DNA of 64,000 nt from Rhodothermales bacterium. GTDB taxonomy: Bacteria; Bacteroidota; Rhodothermia; Rhodothermales; VXPQ01. The position numbers and the translations under genes are program-made. The stretch is taken from the NCBI GenBank assembly GCA_022825385.1, contig JAJDWX010000042.1, positions 31,406 through 95,405 of the forward strand, given 5' to 3'. Below are positions 28,195 to 38,480 of the stretch, in pieces. Every line of letters starts with the position of its first letter. Within the stretch, counting starts at the first letter, position 1. The notes beneath the pieces were generated by a model. It was not told where the DNA came from and made no database searches. It worked only from the letters and a program-made list of their open reading frames with translations.

Positions 28195-28872
28195 ATGACA
28201 AAAGAGATCGACATCGACTTTCAGCCGGGGCGCATTACGTCGCTGCGGGCGGTAAAGCGGTCGCCCGACCGCGTTGCGGTCCATATCGACGACCGCTTTG
28301 CGTTTTCCCTGCACCAGGACGTGGCGCTTGAATTCGGGTTGGCGAAAGGGAAATCGCTTGGCGCAGGCGAACAGGAGCGAATGGTGCGCCGGGACCTGGT
28401 ATGGAAGGCGCGCGCCGTCGCCTTGCGCTATGTGGCGTATCGCGATCGTACGGTCGCCGAGGTTCGCCGCCGGCTGCAGAAGGCGTATTCTGACGAAGTA
28501 GCGGACGAAGCGATTGGGCGTCTTGAAAAAATGGGCTTGCTGGACGACCGGGCTTTTGCCGAGGCGTACGCCGGGCGCCGGTTCCGGCAGGAAGGGCATG
28601 GGCCCGCCCGCGTACGCGCCGACCTGCTGAAAAAAGGCGTAGCGTCCGCCTTGCTGGACGAGGCGCTGGACAAGGTTTTCGTCGGAGAGGATGCGCTTGC
28701 GGACCGCGCGGCGGAACTGGGAAGCGCGCGGTGGCGGAGTCTGTCGAGCGAGGCGGACACAAGGAAGCGAACCAGAAAAGTTTGCGATTATCTCCTGCGA
28801 AGGGGATATCCTTCCGACCTGGCGCATCGGGTTGCATTCGACGTGGCCCGCGAAGCGGATCGGGCCGCGTAA
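28195..28872 (+). CDS. recX: Regulatory protein RecX
   Basis: ALRYVAYRDRTVAEVRRRL, LLDDRAFA, GPARVRADLLKKGV, YLLRRGY. Confidence 0.88.
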   Translation: MTKEIDIDFQPGRITSLRAVKRSPDRVAVHIDDRFAFSLHQDVALEFGLAKGKSLGAGEQERMVRRDLVWKARAVALRYVAYRDRTVAEVRRRLQKAYSDEVADEAIGRLEKMGLLDDRAFAEAYAGRRFRQEGHGPARVRADLLKKGVASALLDEALDKVFVGEDALADRAAELGSARWRSLSSEADTRKRTRKVCDYLLRRGYPSDLAHRVAFDVAREADRAA

Positions 28873-29059
28873 TCGGGCCGCCGGTGGCGGGAACGCAAAA
28901 AAATTGCCTCCCGTTGTAAAAATTGTTATATTGCAGGAATGGACTTTTCATCAAAGTCCGTCCCATTATGTATTGCGGGCAAAGCGCGTGGGTCGTTGGC
29001 TACGCCGTCGTGCCTGCATCATCTTCAAGACCTTCCAAGCACAAACGTACGCAGAACAC

Positions 29060-29419
29060 GTGACGAACGACGAGCTGAATGGACACGACGTCCCGCCGCA
29101 GCATTCTTACCGCGATGAAATTTATTCCCGCCGCGTCCCTGCCGGGAAACGAACCTATTACTTTGACGTCAAGACGACGCGATCAGGCGAAGATTTCTTC
29201 GTAACCATTACGGAAAGCAAACGCGTTTCCGAAAGCCGGCACGAGAAGCACAAGGTTTTCCTGTACAAGGAAGATTTTGGCAAGTTTCTTACAGCGTTGC
29301 ACGATGTGGTGAAGCATGTTGTGGACGAACGGCTGCCTGGTTACGATTTCCGCAATTTGCCGGAATTGACCAGCATCGACGACCAGGGGCGTTCCTCGGG
29401 CGGTTCGGAGTACCGCTAA
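29060..29419 (+). CDS. DUF3276 (PUR-like nucleic-acid-binding) protein
   Basis: EIYSRRVPAGKRTYYFDVK, ITESKR, HKVFLYKEDF; GTG start inferred. Confidence 0.85.
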   Translation: MTNDELNGHDVPPQHSYRDEIYSRRVPAGKRTYYFDVKTTRSGEDFFVTITESKRVSESRHEKHKVFLYKEDFGKFLTALHDVVKHVVDERLPGYDFRNLPELTSIDDQGRSSGGSEYR

Positions 29420-29560
29420 CGCGGGCGTAGCCGTTTTTGCATGGGAAGCTTTGCCGTTCAGACCGGCAGGGCTTTCGCCGTTGCAGATGCAAGGCATCGG
29501 CAGGACGAGGCTATTTCGGCGCCGTACGTTTCGCGCTTCCGTACCCTTTTGCTTCTTGCC

Positions 29561-30904
29561 ATGCTTCCTGTCGTACCTTTCGCCCGGCGCCGGGAACAAC
29601 TGGAACGCCTTTTTTCGCGTCTTGCCTCGTTCGACGACCAGATCGACGGGACGGTGCGGCGCATCCTGGAAGAAGTGCGTTCGGGCGGCGACGCCGCCGT
29701 ACTGGATTGTACGGAGCGCTTCGACGGGGTGCGTCCTGCTTCGTTGCTTGTGGACGCCGAACGGCTTGCCGAGGCGCATGCGGGCCTGAACGATTCGTTG
29801 CGCGGCATTCTTGCCGAGGCGGCGGACGCTATCCGGCGGTTTCACGAAAAAGAGCGGCGGGCGTCCTGGTTTGAAACCGGGGAGGACGGCGCGGGATCGG
29901 GGCAACGCTATGCGCCCATGGAACGGGTCGGGGTGTACGCGCCCGGCGGCACGGCGGCGTATCCGTCCAGTGTGCTGATGAATGTGATTCCGGCGCAGGT
30001 TGCGGGCGTTGAACATCTGTATCTCGCCTCGCCGCCGGGGCCGGACGGCCTGCCTCACCCGCTTGTGCTGGCCGCGGCCCATATGCTTGGCGTGGAGCAT
30101 GTGTTTTCGGCGGGGGGCGCGCAGGCTATCGCCATGTTTGCCTTCGGGACGGAAACCGCGCCGCGCGTGGACAAGATCGCCGGGCCAGGCAATGCCTGGG
30201 TGGCGACGGCCAAGAAGCAGGCGTACGGCCTGGTGGATATCGATTCGGTGGCGGGCCCGAGCGAAATCGTCGTGTTGGCGGACGCTTTCGCCAATCCGCG
30301 TTTCGTGGCGGCCGATTTGATTGCGCAGGCCGAGCACGACCCCCGGGCTTCGGCGGTGTTGACGACGCCGGACGCTGCGCTGGCGGAAGCGGTTCGCCGC
30401 CATGCCGCCGAGATGACGGCGTCCTTGCCGCGCCGCGCCATCGTAGAGGCCTCGCTTGCCGAGTATGGCGCTTGCATCCTTACCGATACGCTGGAGGAGG
30501 CGATCCAGGCGGCGAACGAACTGGCTCCCGAACACCTCGAAATATTGACGCGGGATCCGGCTTCCGTCTTGCCTCGTATCCGCCACGCAGGCGCCATTTT
30601 CCTGGGGCCGTTTTCTCCGGAACCGGTCGGCGATTATTTCGCCGGACCGAACCATGTGCTTCCGACCGGCGGCGCGGCCCGGTATGCTTCGGCGCTGGGC
30701 GTCGACGACTTTATGCGGCGGCAATCCGTCATTGCATGGACCGAAGCGCGGCTTGCAAGAACCGCCCCGCGCATCGCTGCGTTTGCGAGGGCGGAGGGGC
30801 TGGAGGCGCACGCCCGCGCCGTAGAGGTCCGGTTGACAGAAGATATTTCCGCGCACAGCGCATCGAACAGGCAAAAGGATGAGTCCGCAAACCCGCATGG
30901 ATGA
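29561..30904 (+). CDS. hisD: Histidinol dehydrogenase
   Basis: GVYAPGGTAAYPSSVLM, GGAQAIA, AGPSEI, QAEHDP, APEHLE, GDYFAGPNHVLPT. Confidence 0.95.
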   Translation: MLPVVPFARRREQLERLFSRLASFDDQIDGTVRRILEEVRSGGDAAVLDCTERFDGVRPASLLVDAERLAEAHAGLNDSLRGILAEAADAIRRFHEKERRASWFETGEDGAGSGQRYAPMERVGVYAPGGTAAYPSSVLMNVIPAQVAGVEHLYLASPPGPDGLPHPLVLAAAHMLGVEHVFSAGGAQAIAMFAFGTETAPRVDKIAGPGNAWVATAKKQAYGLVDIDSVAGPSEIVVLADAFANPRFVAADLIAQAEHDPRASAVLTTPDAALAEAVRRHAAEMTASLPRRAIVEASLAEYGACILTDTLEEAIQAANELAPEHLEILTRDPASVLPRIRHAGAIFLGPFSPEPVGDYFAGPNHVLPTGGAARYASALGVDDFMRRQSVIAWTEARLARTAPRIAAFARAEGLEAHARAVEVRLTEDISAHSASNRQKDESANPHG

Positions 30905-31976
30905 GCTCCTGCGCCGCATTCGTCCGGCGGTTCGCGGCCGCAGCCCGTACCTGGTGGGCCTCCCGGAGGCGACCACGGTAAAATTAAACCAGAACGAAAG
31001 CCCGTACGACCTTCCGCCGGAGGTCAAGGAGGAGGTGCTTCGGGCGTTTGCGCGTATTTCGTTCAATCGGTATCCAGACGAATTTGCGGAGCCGCTGACG
31101 AAGACGTTTGCTGCCTGGGCCGGATGCGATCCCGACGGGGTGATGGTGGGCAACGGGTCCAACGACCTGGCCGGATTGCTGGGGCTTGCGTTGATCGAGC
31201 GCGGTACGTCCGTGGCGCTGCCGCGCCCCATGTTTTCCCTCTACGCCAAAGTGGCGCTATTGCACGACGGCGATTTGTTCGAAGTCCCCTGCCGGGAAGA
31301 TTTCCGATTCGATACGGACGCCCTTGTTAAGGCGGTTGCGCTGCGCCGCCCGGCGCTCGTTGTGCTTGCCACGCCCAACAATCCTACGGGCCTGGCCATG
31401 ACGCTGGACGAGATTGCGGCGGTGGCGGACGCTTCAGACGGATTTGTCGCGGTGGACGAAGCGTATCTGGAATTTTCGGAGGAAGGCAGCGCGCTCCGGC
31501 TGATGGACGAATACCCCAATCTGATCTTGCTGCGCACCTTTTCCAAGGCTTGCGGCCTGGCCGGACTGCGCCTCGGTTTTCTCATAGCCCGTCCCGACGT
31601 GTTGCGCGAATTGCGCAAGGCGAGGATGCCGTTCATGATCGATCCGTTGGCCTCTGCGGCGGCGCGTATTCTGCTTTCTTCCTGGCCAGACGTGATTGCC
31701 GAGCGGGCGCGGCGCATTCGAGCGGATTGCCTTGCGATTACCTCGGCCCTCGCGGCGATGGAAGGGGTGGAGACGGTGCCGTCTCAAACGAATTTCGTCC
31801 TGTTTCGGACGCCGCTGGACGCGGACCGTCTGAAAGCGCGTTTTCTTGCGGAGGGAATACTGGTGCGCTCCATGTCCGGATACCCCGAATTGCAGGGATT
31901 TCTTCGCGTAAACGCCGGAACGGAAATTGAGAACAAGGCATTTATGACGGCGTTAGAACATGCGCTGTCGGCATGA
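30879..31976 (+). CDS. hisC: Histidinol-phosphate aminotransferase
   Basis: KLNQNESP, GNGSND, TPNNPTG, DEAYLEF, RTFSKACGLAGLRLG. Confidence 0.93.
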   Translation: MSPQTRMDELLRRIRPAVRGRSPYLVGLPEATTVKLNQNESPYDLPPEVKEEVLRAFARISFNRYPDEFAEPLTKTFAAWAGCDPDGVMVGNGSNDLAGLLGLALIERGTSVALPRPMFSLYAKVALLHDGDLFEVPCREDFRFDTDALVKAVALRRPALVVLATPNNPTGLAMTLDEIAAVADASDGFVAVDEAYLEFSEEGSALRLMDEYPNLILLRTFSKACGLAGLRLGFLIARPDVLRELRKARMPFMIDPLASAAARILLSSWPDVIAERARRIRADCLAITSALAAMEGVETVPSQTNFVLFRTPLDADRLKARFLAEGILVRSMSGYPELQGFLRVNAGTEIENKAFMTALEHALSA

Positions 31977-32530
31977 AATATATCAAGGTAGATATCATCG
32001 GGCTTGCTCCCACTCCTTCGAGTGGAGGCGCCGCCTATGCGCTTATTCTGGGCGAATCGACCGGGGACCGCAAATTGCCGATCATCATCGGGCATTACGA
32101 GGCGAATGCTATTGGGCTCGAACTGGACAAGATGCAGCCGCAGCGTCCTCTGCCGTACGACTTGCTGCGCGATTCGATGGAGGCGGTCAAGGCCGAGGTG
32201 ACCGAAGTGGTTATCGACGAACTGCGGGAAGGCACGTTCTTCGCCAAAATCTGCTATACTCATAACGGGAAAGCCTCCCGTCTCGATTCCCGTCCGAGCG
32301 ATGCGATAGCGCTTGCCGTTCGCGTTGGCGCGCCCATTTATGTGGCCCCCGACGTAATGCAAAACGCCAGCATGCGCAGGGAGCAACGGGAAGCGGCGCC
32401 TGTGGCCATGACCCAGCTGCAGCAAATGCAGCATCAGCTTGACGTAGCCGTTCAGGAGGAAAATTACGAAAAAGCCGCCGAACTCCGCGACGAAATCAAG
32501 CGGTTTCAAAGCGAGCGGCAGCAGAATTAG
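31973..32530 (+). CDS. Bifunctional nuclease family protein (DUF151) with C-terminal UVR motif
   Basis: LPIIIGHYEANAI, DSRPSDAIALAVR, ENYEKAAELRDEI. Confidence 0.9.
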   Translation: MKYIKVDIIGLAPTPSSGGAAYALILGESTGDRKLPIIIGHYEANAIGLELDKMQPQRPLPYDLLRDSMEAVKAEVTEVVIDELREGTFFAKICYTHNGKASRLDSRPSDAIALAVRVGAPIYVAPDVMQNASMRREQREAAPVAMTQLQQMQHQLDVAVQEENYEKAAELRDEIKRFQSERQQN

Positions 32531-32577
32531 CGCGACGGCGCATCGCGCTGCGTCGTTTCCATCTTTAGCCCATCGAC

Positions 32578-34203
32578 ATGCAGGCGTCCGCAGAGCGTAT
32601 TTCGTTTACCGATTTGCACGGCTTTTCGGCGCTTTTTCGGGATTATTGCACACGCTACGAGGCGCTTTCGGACTACTTTGCGGGGGACTGGCGCGAGGCC
32701 GCGGAGCGAGTGCGCGCCGCGGATCGGGCTGCGGCGGCGAATCGGGACCGGCACGCGCTTGCGGATGCGCTCGCCGCGCAACATGCGAACTGGGGCGATA
32801 GCGATGCGGCGCGAGACGGCGTCGAGGCGTTGCGCGCCCCGGATACCGTCGCGGTGGTGACCGGACAGCAGGTGGGTCTGTTTACGGGCCCGACGTACGC
32901 CGTCCTGAAGGCGTTTTCCGCCATTCGATTGGCCGAACGGCTTGCCGAAGAAACGGGGCGGCGTACGGTTCCGGTGTTCTGGCTGGGCGGCGAAGATCAC
33001 GATGTGGACGAGGTTTCGAGCGCGGTCTTGCTTCGCGGCAATCGTCCCGCCGCCGTGCGCTTGCAGGCAGGCGTCGCCGCGTCTTCCGGCCCGACCGGTC
33101 GCATACGGCCCGGCGACGAAGTTGTGGACCGCCTGGAGCAGGTTCTTCCCGATACGGATTTCAAGGGAGATATGCTGCGCATGGTTCGGGCGGCGTACGG
33201 GGCGGACGCAACGCTTTCCGAGGGGTTTGCCCGGATGCTTCGGATATTTTTTCCCGAACTGGTGATTGTCGATCCTGACGATGCGGCCCTCAAGCGACTT
33301 GCGGCGCCGCTTTTCGCGCAGGAAATCGAGGAAGCAGAAACGGCTGCGGACCTTGCGCGCGCGGTTTCGGAGGAGCTGGGGCGCGCCTACCATGCGCAGG
33401 CGGTTGTCCGTCCGTCCAATCTTTTTTTGCTGGACGCGGGGCGGCGCATTCCGCTCGATCTCGACGGCGAGGACTTTGTGGCGCGCGGCGCGGACCTACG
33501 CATGACGCGGGCGGAAGCCCTGGACCTCGTGCATCGATCTCCCGAATCGTTCAGTCCGAACGTACTGCTTCGTCCTTTGATGCAGGACCTGTTGCTGCCC
33601 ACGGCGATGTATGCGGGCGGTCCGGGCGAGATCGCTTATTTCGCGCAGTGTCGCCCCCTGTACGCGTGGGCGGGGCTGTCCATGCCGCTTGTTTATCCGC
33701 GGGTAAGCGCCACCTTTCTGGAGCCGCATGTGGCGAAGGCGCTGGATGCGTATGGCTTGACGGTGGGGGATTTTTCAGCGGATGCGGACCAGCTCTTCCA
33801 TCGCGTCGTGGCGGATGCGATGCAGGGAACGCTCGACGAAACGTTCGACGAGGCAGCGCGGCGTCTCGTCGAGGCGGCGGGGCCGGTGCGCGCATTGTTG
33901 CGCAAGGTGGACGGTACGCTGGACAAGGCGACCGATGCGGCCCAGAAGGCGATGGCGGACGAACTGGCCCGGTTGCGGGCGAAGGCGGTTCGGGCCGAAA
34001 AGAAAAAACAGGAGATCGCGCGCGCCCGCCTCGAAAAGGCGCAGGGTAATGTGTATCCGAACGGGGCGTTGCAGGAGCGGGAGCTGTGCGCGCTGCATTT
34101 CCTCAACAAATACGGCATGGACTTTCTGGATATCCTCCGCGAAACGCTCGATATGGATACGGGGGAACATCAGGTGGTGCGGCTGCAGGGCGGGAGCGGG
34201 TAA
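32578..34203 (+). CDS. bshC: Bacillithiol biosynthesis cysteine-adding enzyme BshC
   Basis: VVTGQQVGLFTGP, VPVFWLGGEDHD, FSPNVLLRP, GGPGEIAYFAQ, LQER. Confidence 0.92.
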   Translation: MQASAERISFTDLHGFSALFRDYCTRYEALSDYFAGDWREAAERVRAADRAAAANRDRHALADALAAQHANWGDSDAARDGVEALRAPDTVAVVTGQQVGLFTGPTYAVLKAFSAIRLAERLAEETGRRTVPVFWLGGEDHDVDEVSSAVLLRGNRPAAVRLQAGVAASSGPTGRIRPGDEVVDRLEQVLPDTDFKGDMLRMVRAAYGADATLSEGFARMLRIFFPELVIVDPDDAALKRLAAPLFAQEIEEAETAADLARAVSEELGRAYHAQAVVRPSNLFLLDAGRRIPLDLDGEDFVARGADLRMTRAEALDLVHRSPESFSPNVLLRPLMQDLLLPTAMYAGGPGEIAYFAQCRPLYAWAGLSMPLVYPRVSATFLEPHVAKALDAYGLTVGDFSADADQLFHRVVADAMQGTLDETFDEAARRLVEAAGPVRALLRKVDGTLDKATDAAQKAMADELARLRAKAVRAEKKKQEIARARLEKAQGNVYPNGALQERELCALHFLNKYGMDFLDILRETLDMDTGEHQVVRLQGGSG

Positions 34204-34316
34204 TTCGGCGCGGCGCCGTGCGCAGCGCGCGCCGGGGCTGCGTTTTTCGGGCGGCGCTTTCTGGATTCGGAAGGATTTCCCGAAGCCGGGACGCGGGGCG
34301 CGTTGCAGGATGCGGC

Positions 34317-35879
34317 TTATGGTTGGCGCCAGGCCGCGATGCGTTCTTCGAATTCCACGAGGAAGCGCGCCATGTCTCCACGCTTTTTTTCCGCTTCCGT
34401 GCGTCCGGCGAGGCGGGCGATGTCCTGGGGCGGGCGATTCAGATTGTCGGCCAGCGCGTTGAGCGACGATTTTATGAAAGACGTTTGCTGTACGCCCCCT
34501 TCTACAAGTTGCTCGATCTCTTGCATACTGCGCTCCAGACCCGGCTGCGTACTGCCCAGCGCAGCGGCGTATTCCTGCGGATGCTCGCGAAGGCGATTCC
34601 ATACCCAGTGTTCCGGGGAGGCGTCGCCAGGCAGGAATACGAGCCGCGCATGATGTCCGTACCGTTCCGCGGCTTGTTCGATTTTATGCTCCGCATCCCG
34701 GGCGTCGCCGTCCATAACCATCAGAAAGTCCCTCAATTTGCCGAATTTGCCCAGCGTATGCACATGCGCGGGAAATTCGTCTCGACCGGTATTTCTTCCG
34801 ACCAATACGTCGTCGGGCCGTAAATCCATGACCGGATTGAGCGCGTCCAGTACGCCGCGGATCACGGATTCGGCAATGGCGTCTTCGCACAGGATGGAGA
34901 GCTGGTCGCGCGATTGTCCGTAGAGGGCTTTCTGGAAAATGTCTCGCCAGACGGGCATGAGACGAACTTCCGCCGTGCGCTCGTCCCGGTCGAGAAACAA
35001 CCTTCCGTCCGGCGGTACGCTGTCGAGCACGACCGGGCTGTGCGACGCCACAATGATCTGCAATTTTTGCCGCAGGGCAATGCGTTGCAGCTCCAGCATG
35101 GTTTGTTGCTGCGTATACGGATGCAGGCCCGCTTCGATCTCGTCGATAAGAATCAGCGCGTTTTCGAGGCGGGAAATATCTCTCGAAATGCGCAGGATGG
35201 CCCGCTCGCCGGAAGACATATGAAATTCGGAATACCTTGCGGCTTGTTCGTGTTCGGTTTCGGCGAACAGCAGATTCCTGTCTCCCGATGCGATGATGGA
35301 CAGATTCCGATAGCGCCGCCGCAGGATCCGATGCGCAAAGATGAGCAGGTCGGGGGTAAGGGCTTCCGTCGCGAATTCCTTGCGCGCAAGTTGCAGCAAG
35401 CCGCGTACTTCGGATGGATTCGTGAGGTTGGCCAGCGTACGCAGGTATACGGTTCGCTCGGGTTGCTTGCCGCCCTTTCGTCCCCTGAAACTGCGGTTCC
35501 AGGATTTGCCCCGGTTCCAGTCCATGGGGTAGTTGGCGCCCTCGTGGATGTAGTCGAACGCCAGTTCCGTGCGTTCTATCGAATCCGAAAGTTCCTGTTG
35601 CCGCCGATTGTCGAAATTGGGAAAGAGGCTGCTTGGCGTCAGGTCCTTCGGTTTTCGCCCGGGGTCCCGATATGCGCAGGCGCAGGCGAACAGCACCGTG
35701 GATTTGCCGCATCCATTGGGCCCGGCCAGTACGCTAACGGGATACGTAAAAGGTACGCGCAGGTCCTGGATACCCCGCAGGTTTCGGATGCGGATGGATT
35801 GCAGCGCGTGGTCGCGCCGGTTGTTGTCCGCTCTCAGCGCATCCCACACTTCCTGTAGTTGCTTGTCTATTAGCGGCAT
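34317..35879 (-). CDS. ABC ATPase fused to a C-terminal TOPRIM-like domain (OLD-like putative defence nuclease)
   Basis: GPNGCGKS, MSSGE, LIDEIEAGLHP, ASHSP; then ILCED and VMDGD (TOPRIM E and DxD). Confidence 0.8.
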   Translation of the reverse strand: MPLIDKQLQEVWDALRADNNRRDHALQSIRIRNLRGIQDLRVPFTYPVSVLAGPNGCGKSTVLFACACAYRDPGRKPKDLTPSSLFPNFDNRRQQELSDSIERTELAFDYIHEGANYPMDWNRGKSWNRSFRGRKGGKQPERTVYLRTLANLTNPSEVRGLLQLARKEFATEALTPDLLIFAHRILRRRYRNLSIIASGDRNLLFAETEHEQAARYSEFHMSSGERAILRISRDISRLENALILIDEIEAGLHPYTQQQTMLELQRIALRQKLQIIVASHSPVVLDSVPPDGRLFLDRDERTAEVRLMPVWRDIFQKALYGQSRDQLSILCEDAIAESVIRGVLDALNPVMDLRPDDVLVGRNTGRDEFPAHVHTLGKFGKLRDFLMVMDGDARDAEHKIEQAAERYGHHARLVFLPGDASPEHWVWNRLREHPQEYAAALGSTQPGLERSMQEIEQLVEGGVQQTSFIKSSLNALADNLNRPPQDIARLAGRTEAEKKRGDMARFLVEFEERIAAWRQP

Positions 35880-36159
35880 GTGATTCTTTTGCAGGCGTCT
35901 TGCAGCGCGGCGGGGTACGGGCATTCCTTTCATAATATAACGTCTGCGCCCTTCAGGTATTTCCCCGAATCCGCCGGATGCTGCGGGCCGGGCGATTTGT
36001 GCGCTTTGCGGATGCGGGAAGAATTTTCAAGAAATATGGGGCGGCTCCGGATATTTCCGAGCTGGAGGGTGGTCGCCCCTGTCTCCGGGCCTTTCTGCCC
36101 TCGCGTTCCTTTTTAAGAGGGGACTTGCGAGATACCCCGGCGCTATTTACCTTAACCCC

Positions 36160-36657
36160 ATGCCTTCCATTTTCCGCGCCATATTGACGCTGGGGATGCT
36201 GGCGCTTGTCGCTCCGGCGGCGGCGCAGCCTTCCGCGGACCTGCCGCCCTCCGACCTTTCGCCTGAGGGGGTTCGGGTCGTCATTGACCAACTGTTCGAT
36301 GGCATGCGGGCGGGGGACAGCACCATGGTTCGCCAAACGCTGCACCCGGCGGCTCGCTTGCAATCTGCTTTCGTGCACGCCGAGACCGGGGAGCCTGTGC
36401 TGTCCACGGGCAGCGTGGATCGGTTCGTAGAGGCGGTGGGAACGCCCCATGACGAGGTATGGGACGAGAAGATATGGGACGTGGAGATTGCCGTAGATGG
36501 ACATTTGGCCCAGGCATGGATGAATTACGCCTTTTTTCTCGGGGAGACGCTCAGCCATTGCGGCGTGAACGCTTTGCACTTGTTCCACGACGGCGCCGTC
36601 TGGAAGATTACGCAGATTACCGATACGCGACGGCGGACGGGGTGTGGGGTGGAGTAG
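36160..36657 (+). CDS. NTF2-like (SnoaL/lumazine-binding-like) exported protein
   Basis: Signal peptide; LFDGMRAGD, AQAWMNYAF, HCGVNALHL, WKITQITDTRR. Confidence 0.8.
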   Translation: MPSIFRAILTLGMLALVAPAAAQPSADLPPSDLSPEGVRVVIDQLFDGMRAGDSTMVRQTLHPAARLQSAFVHAETGEPVLSTGSVDRFVEAVGTPHDEVWDEKIWDVEIAVDGHLAQAWMNYAFFLGETLSHCGVNALHLFHDGAVWKITQITDTRRRTGCGVE

Positions 36658-36726
36658 AGGGAATGGGGCCATTCCGCATGGGTAGAAGGGCTACATTGTG
36701 GACGATATAATAGTATGGAAAAGGGC

Positions 36727-36771
36727 AGGTTAAAAAATTTAACCTTTGCATTTCGGAACCTTAATTATTAA
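36727..36771 (-). repeat. AT-rich twin-palindrome motif, copy 1 (reverse orientation)
   Basis: aggttaaa-aaa-tttaacct followed by ccttaattattaa, whose reverse complement ttaataattaagg is identical to 40974-40986. Confidence 0.6.
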
Positions 36772-36971
36772 ATTTTGCCGCGAGCGGGGATGTCGCACAG
36801 GCGCGGCGGTATACTGGAGACCCCTTGGTATGCTGCGCTTGCGATGCCTCGGCGGAGAGGATTTTTCAAGCGGAGAACCTTTCGTAGCATACAGGCCAAC
36901 CCGGAAGGCGGCGCTTGTCCGCAAGGGAATCAACGCCTATTTTGACGCTCGTCGCAGCAACTACCCATTCC

Positions 36972-38480
36972 ATGCCTGTCCCACCCAGCCATACCATTCT
37001 GGAAGTAACGGACTTTGGCCCGATCGTCAGGGCAAGGATCGAACTGCGGCCGCTGACGGTGTTCGTTGGGCCGGGCAATACGGGCAAGTCGTATCTGGCG
37101 ACGCTCATCTATGCGCTGCACCGGCATTTCAACCGGCATCGCAGGGAGATGCGTTATTGGCATCCAGAGAAAAGGCCTGCGCTGCGCGATGCGCTGACCG
37201 ACTGGATGCAAACGATCAACGAGGGACGGGAAAGCGTGGAGGATGACCGTATCGCGTTGCCGGAGCCCTTGAGAGAGGAAATACGCGGCTTGCTCCATGA
37301 AAGAGGCGCATATTTTTGCGATGAGCTTTCTCGATGCTTTGGATTGGGCCGAACCCGCTCGCTGACGCGCAAAGGCAGCCGGCAAACCGCTCGCATTGTT
37401 TTGCGCAAGCAGCCGACGCCGGATTCCCTGTTGTTCGAACAGGCGTTTTCGCTCACGGCAAGGGGACTAGACGATGTCCGTACCGTGCTTTCCGAAGAGT
37501 TATCGTCGCCCGCGGACGAATCGGTCCCAATAGGGGACGATCTCAAGGAAATAGACTATTTGCGTCGTCAGGCCCGGGTTATGGAGCCAATGGTCGTTCG
37601 AGAAAACGAAGCGCGGTGGAATGCTTTCTCCTGGGACCTCATGGAGCATCTGGCGGGCGTGATTTTGCCGCAGATTGTGGGCAAATTGCATGCGCAGGCG
37701 CATTACCTTCCTGCGGACCGAACGGGGGTCATGCGCACCCATCGCCTGTTGCTCGGTTCGTTGATAGAGCAGGCCGCGCAGTCGCGTCGCAGCGATCCAT
37801 TGCCGGACCTTTCGGGCGTGGTGAGCGATTTTCTGAGGCAACTCATCCAGTTCGGCGACCTTTCCGATCTGCAAAGTGGTGGGATGCCCGAACTTGCCGC
37901 GTGCATGGAACAGGCAGTATTAAAAGGTTCGGTAGGTATTGAAACGTCCGCGACAGGCATGCCTTCGTTTTTTTACCGACCCGACGGCTGGGTAAGGGCG
38001 CTTGCCCTGATGCATGCCTCCTCCATGGTATCGGAACTGGCGCCGGTCGTGCTATATTTGCGTCATGTGATTCGGCCGGGCGACATGTTGATTATCGAAG
38101 AGCCGGAAGCGCATCTGCACCCGGCCTTGCAGGTCGAATTCACTCGCCAGCTCGCCGCGCTTGTTCATGCAGGAGTCCGGGTGGTTATCACTACGCACAG
38201 CGAATGGGTGCTGGAGACGGTCGCCAATCTGGTGCAGGCGTCGAGACTTTCTGAAGAGCGAAGAAAAGGAATCGAAGGCGCAGAGCCGGCGCTCCGTCCC
38301 GATCAGGTTGGAGCATGGTTGTTCAAATCCGGTACTCGCCCGAAAGGGGCGGTCGTGCAAGAACTGGAACTGGATACGGAAACGGGTCTTTTCCAAACGG
38401 ATTTCGACGATGTAAGCCTGGAGTTGTACAACGACGGCATAAAAATATCCAATCGCATACAAGACAGCGAGCCGGAATGA
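36972..38480 (+). CDS. ABC-type ATPase (AAA_15/AAA_21) with long variable insert
   Basis: DFGPI, GPGNTGKS, YLPADRTG, ASSMVSELAP, IIEEPEAHLHP, TTHSEW. Confidence 0.88.
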   Translation: MPVPPSHTILEVTDFGPIVRARIELRPLTVFVGPGNTGKSYLATLIYALHRHFNRHRREMRYWHPEKRPALRDALTDWMQTINEGRESVEDDRIALPEPLREEIRGLLHERGAYFCDELSRCFGLGRTRSLTRKGSRQTARIVLRKQPTPDSLLFEQAFSLTARGLDDVRTVLSEELSSPADESVPIGDDLKEIDYLRRQARVMEPMVVRENEARWNAFSWDLMEHLAGVILPQIVGKLHAQAHYLPADRTGVMRTHRLLLGSLIEQAAQSRRSDPLPDLSGVVSDFLRQLIQFGDLSDLQSGGMPELAACMEQAVLKGSVGIETSATGMPSFFYRPDGWVRALALMHASSMVSELAPVVLYLRHVIRPGDMLIIEEPEAHLHPALQVEFTRQLAALVHAGVRVVITTHSEWVLETVANLVQASRLSEERRKGIEGAEPALRPDQVGAWLFKSGTRPKGAVVQELELDTETGLFQTDFDDVSLELYNDGIKISNRIQDSEPE

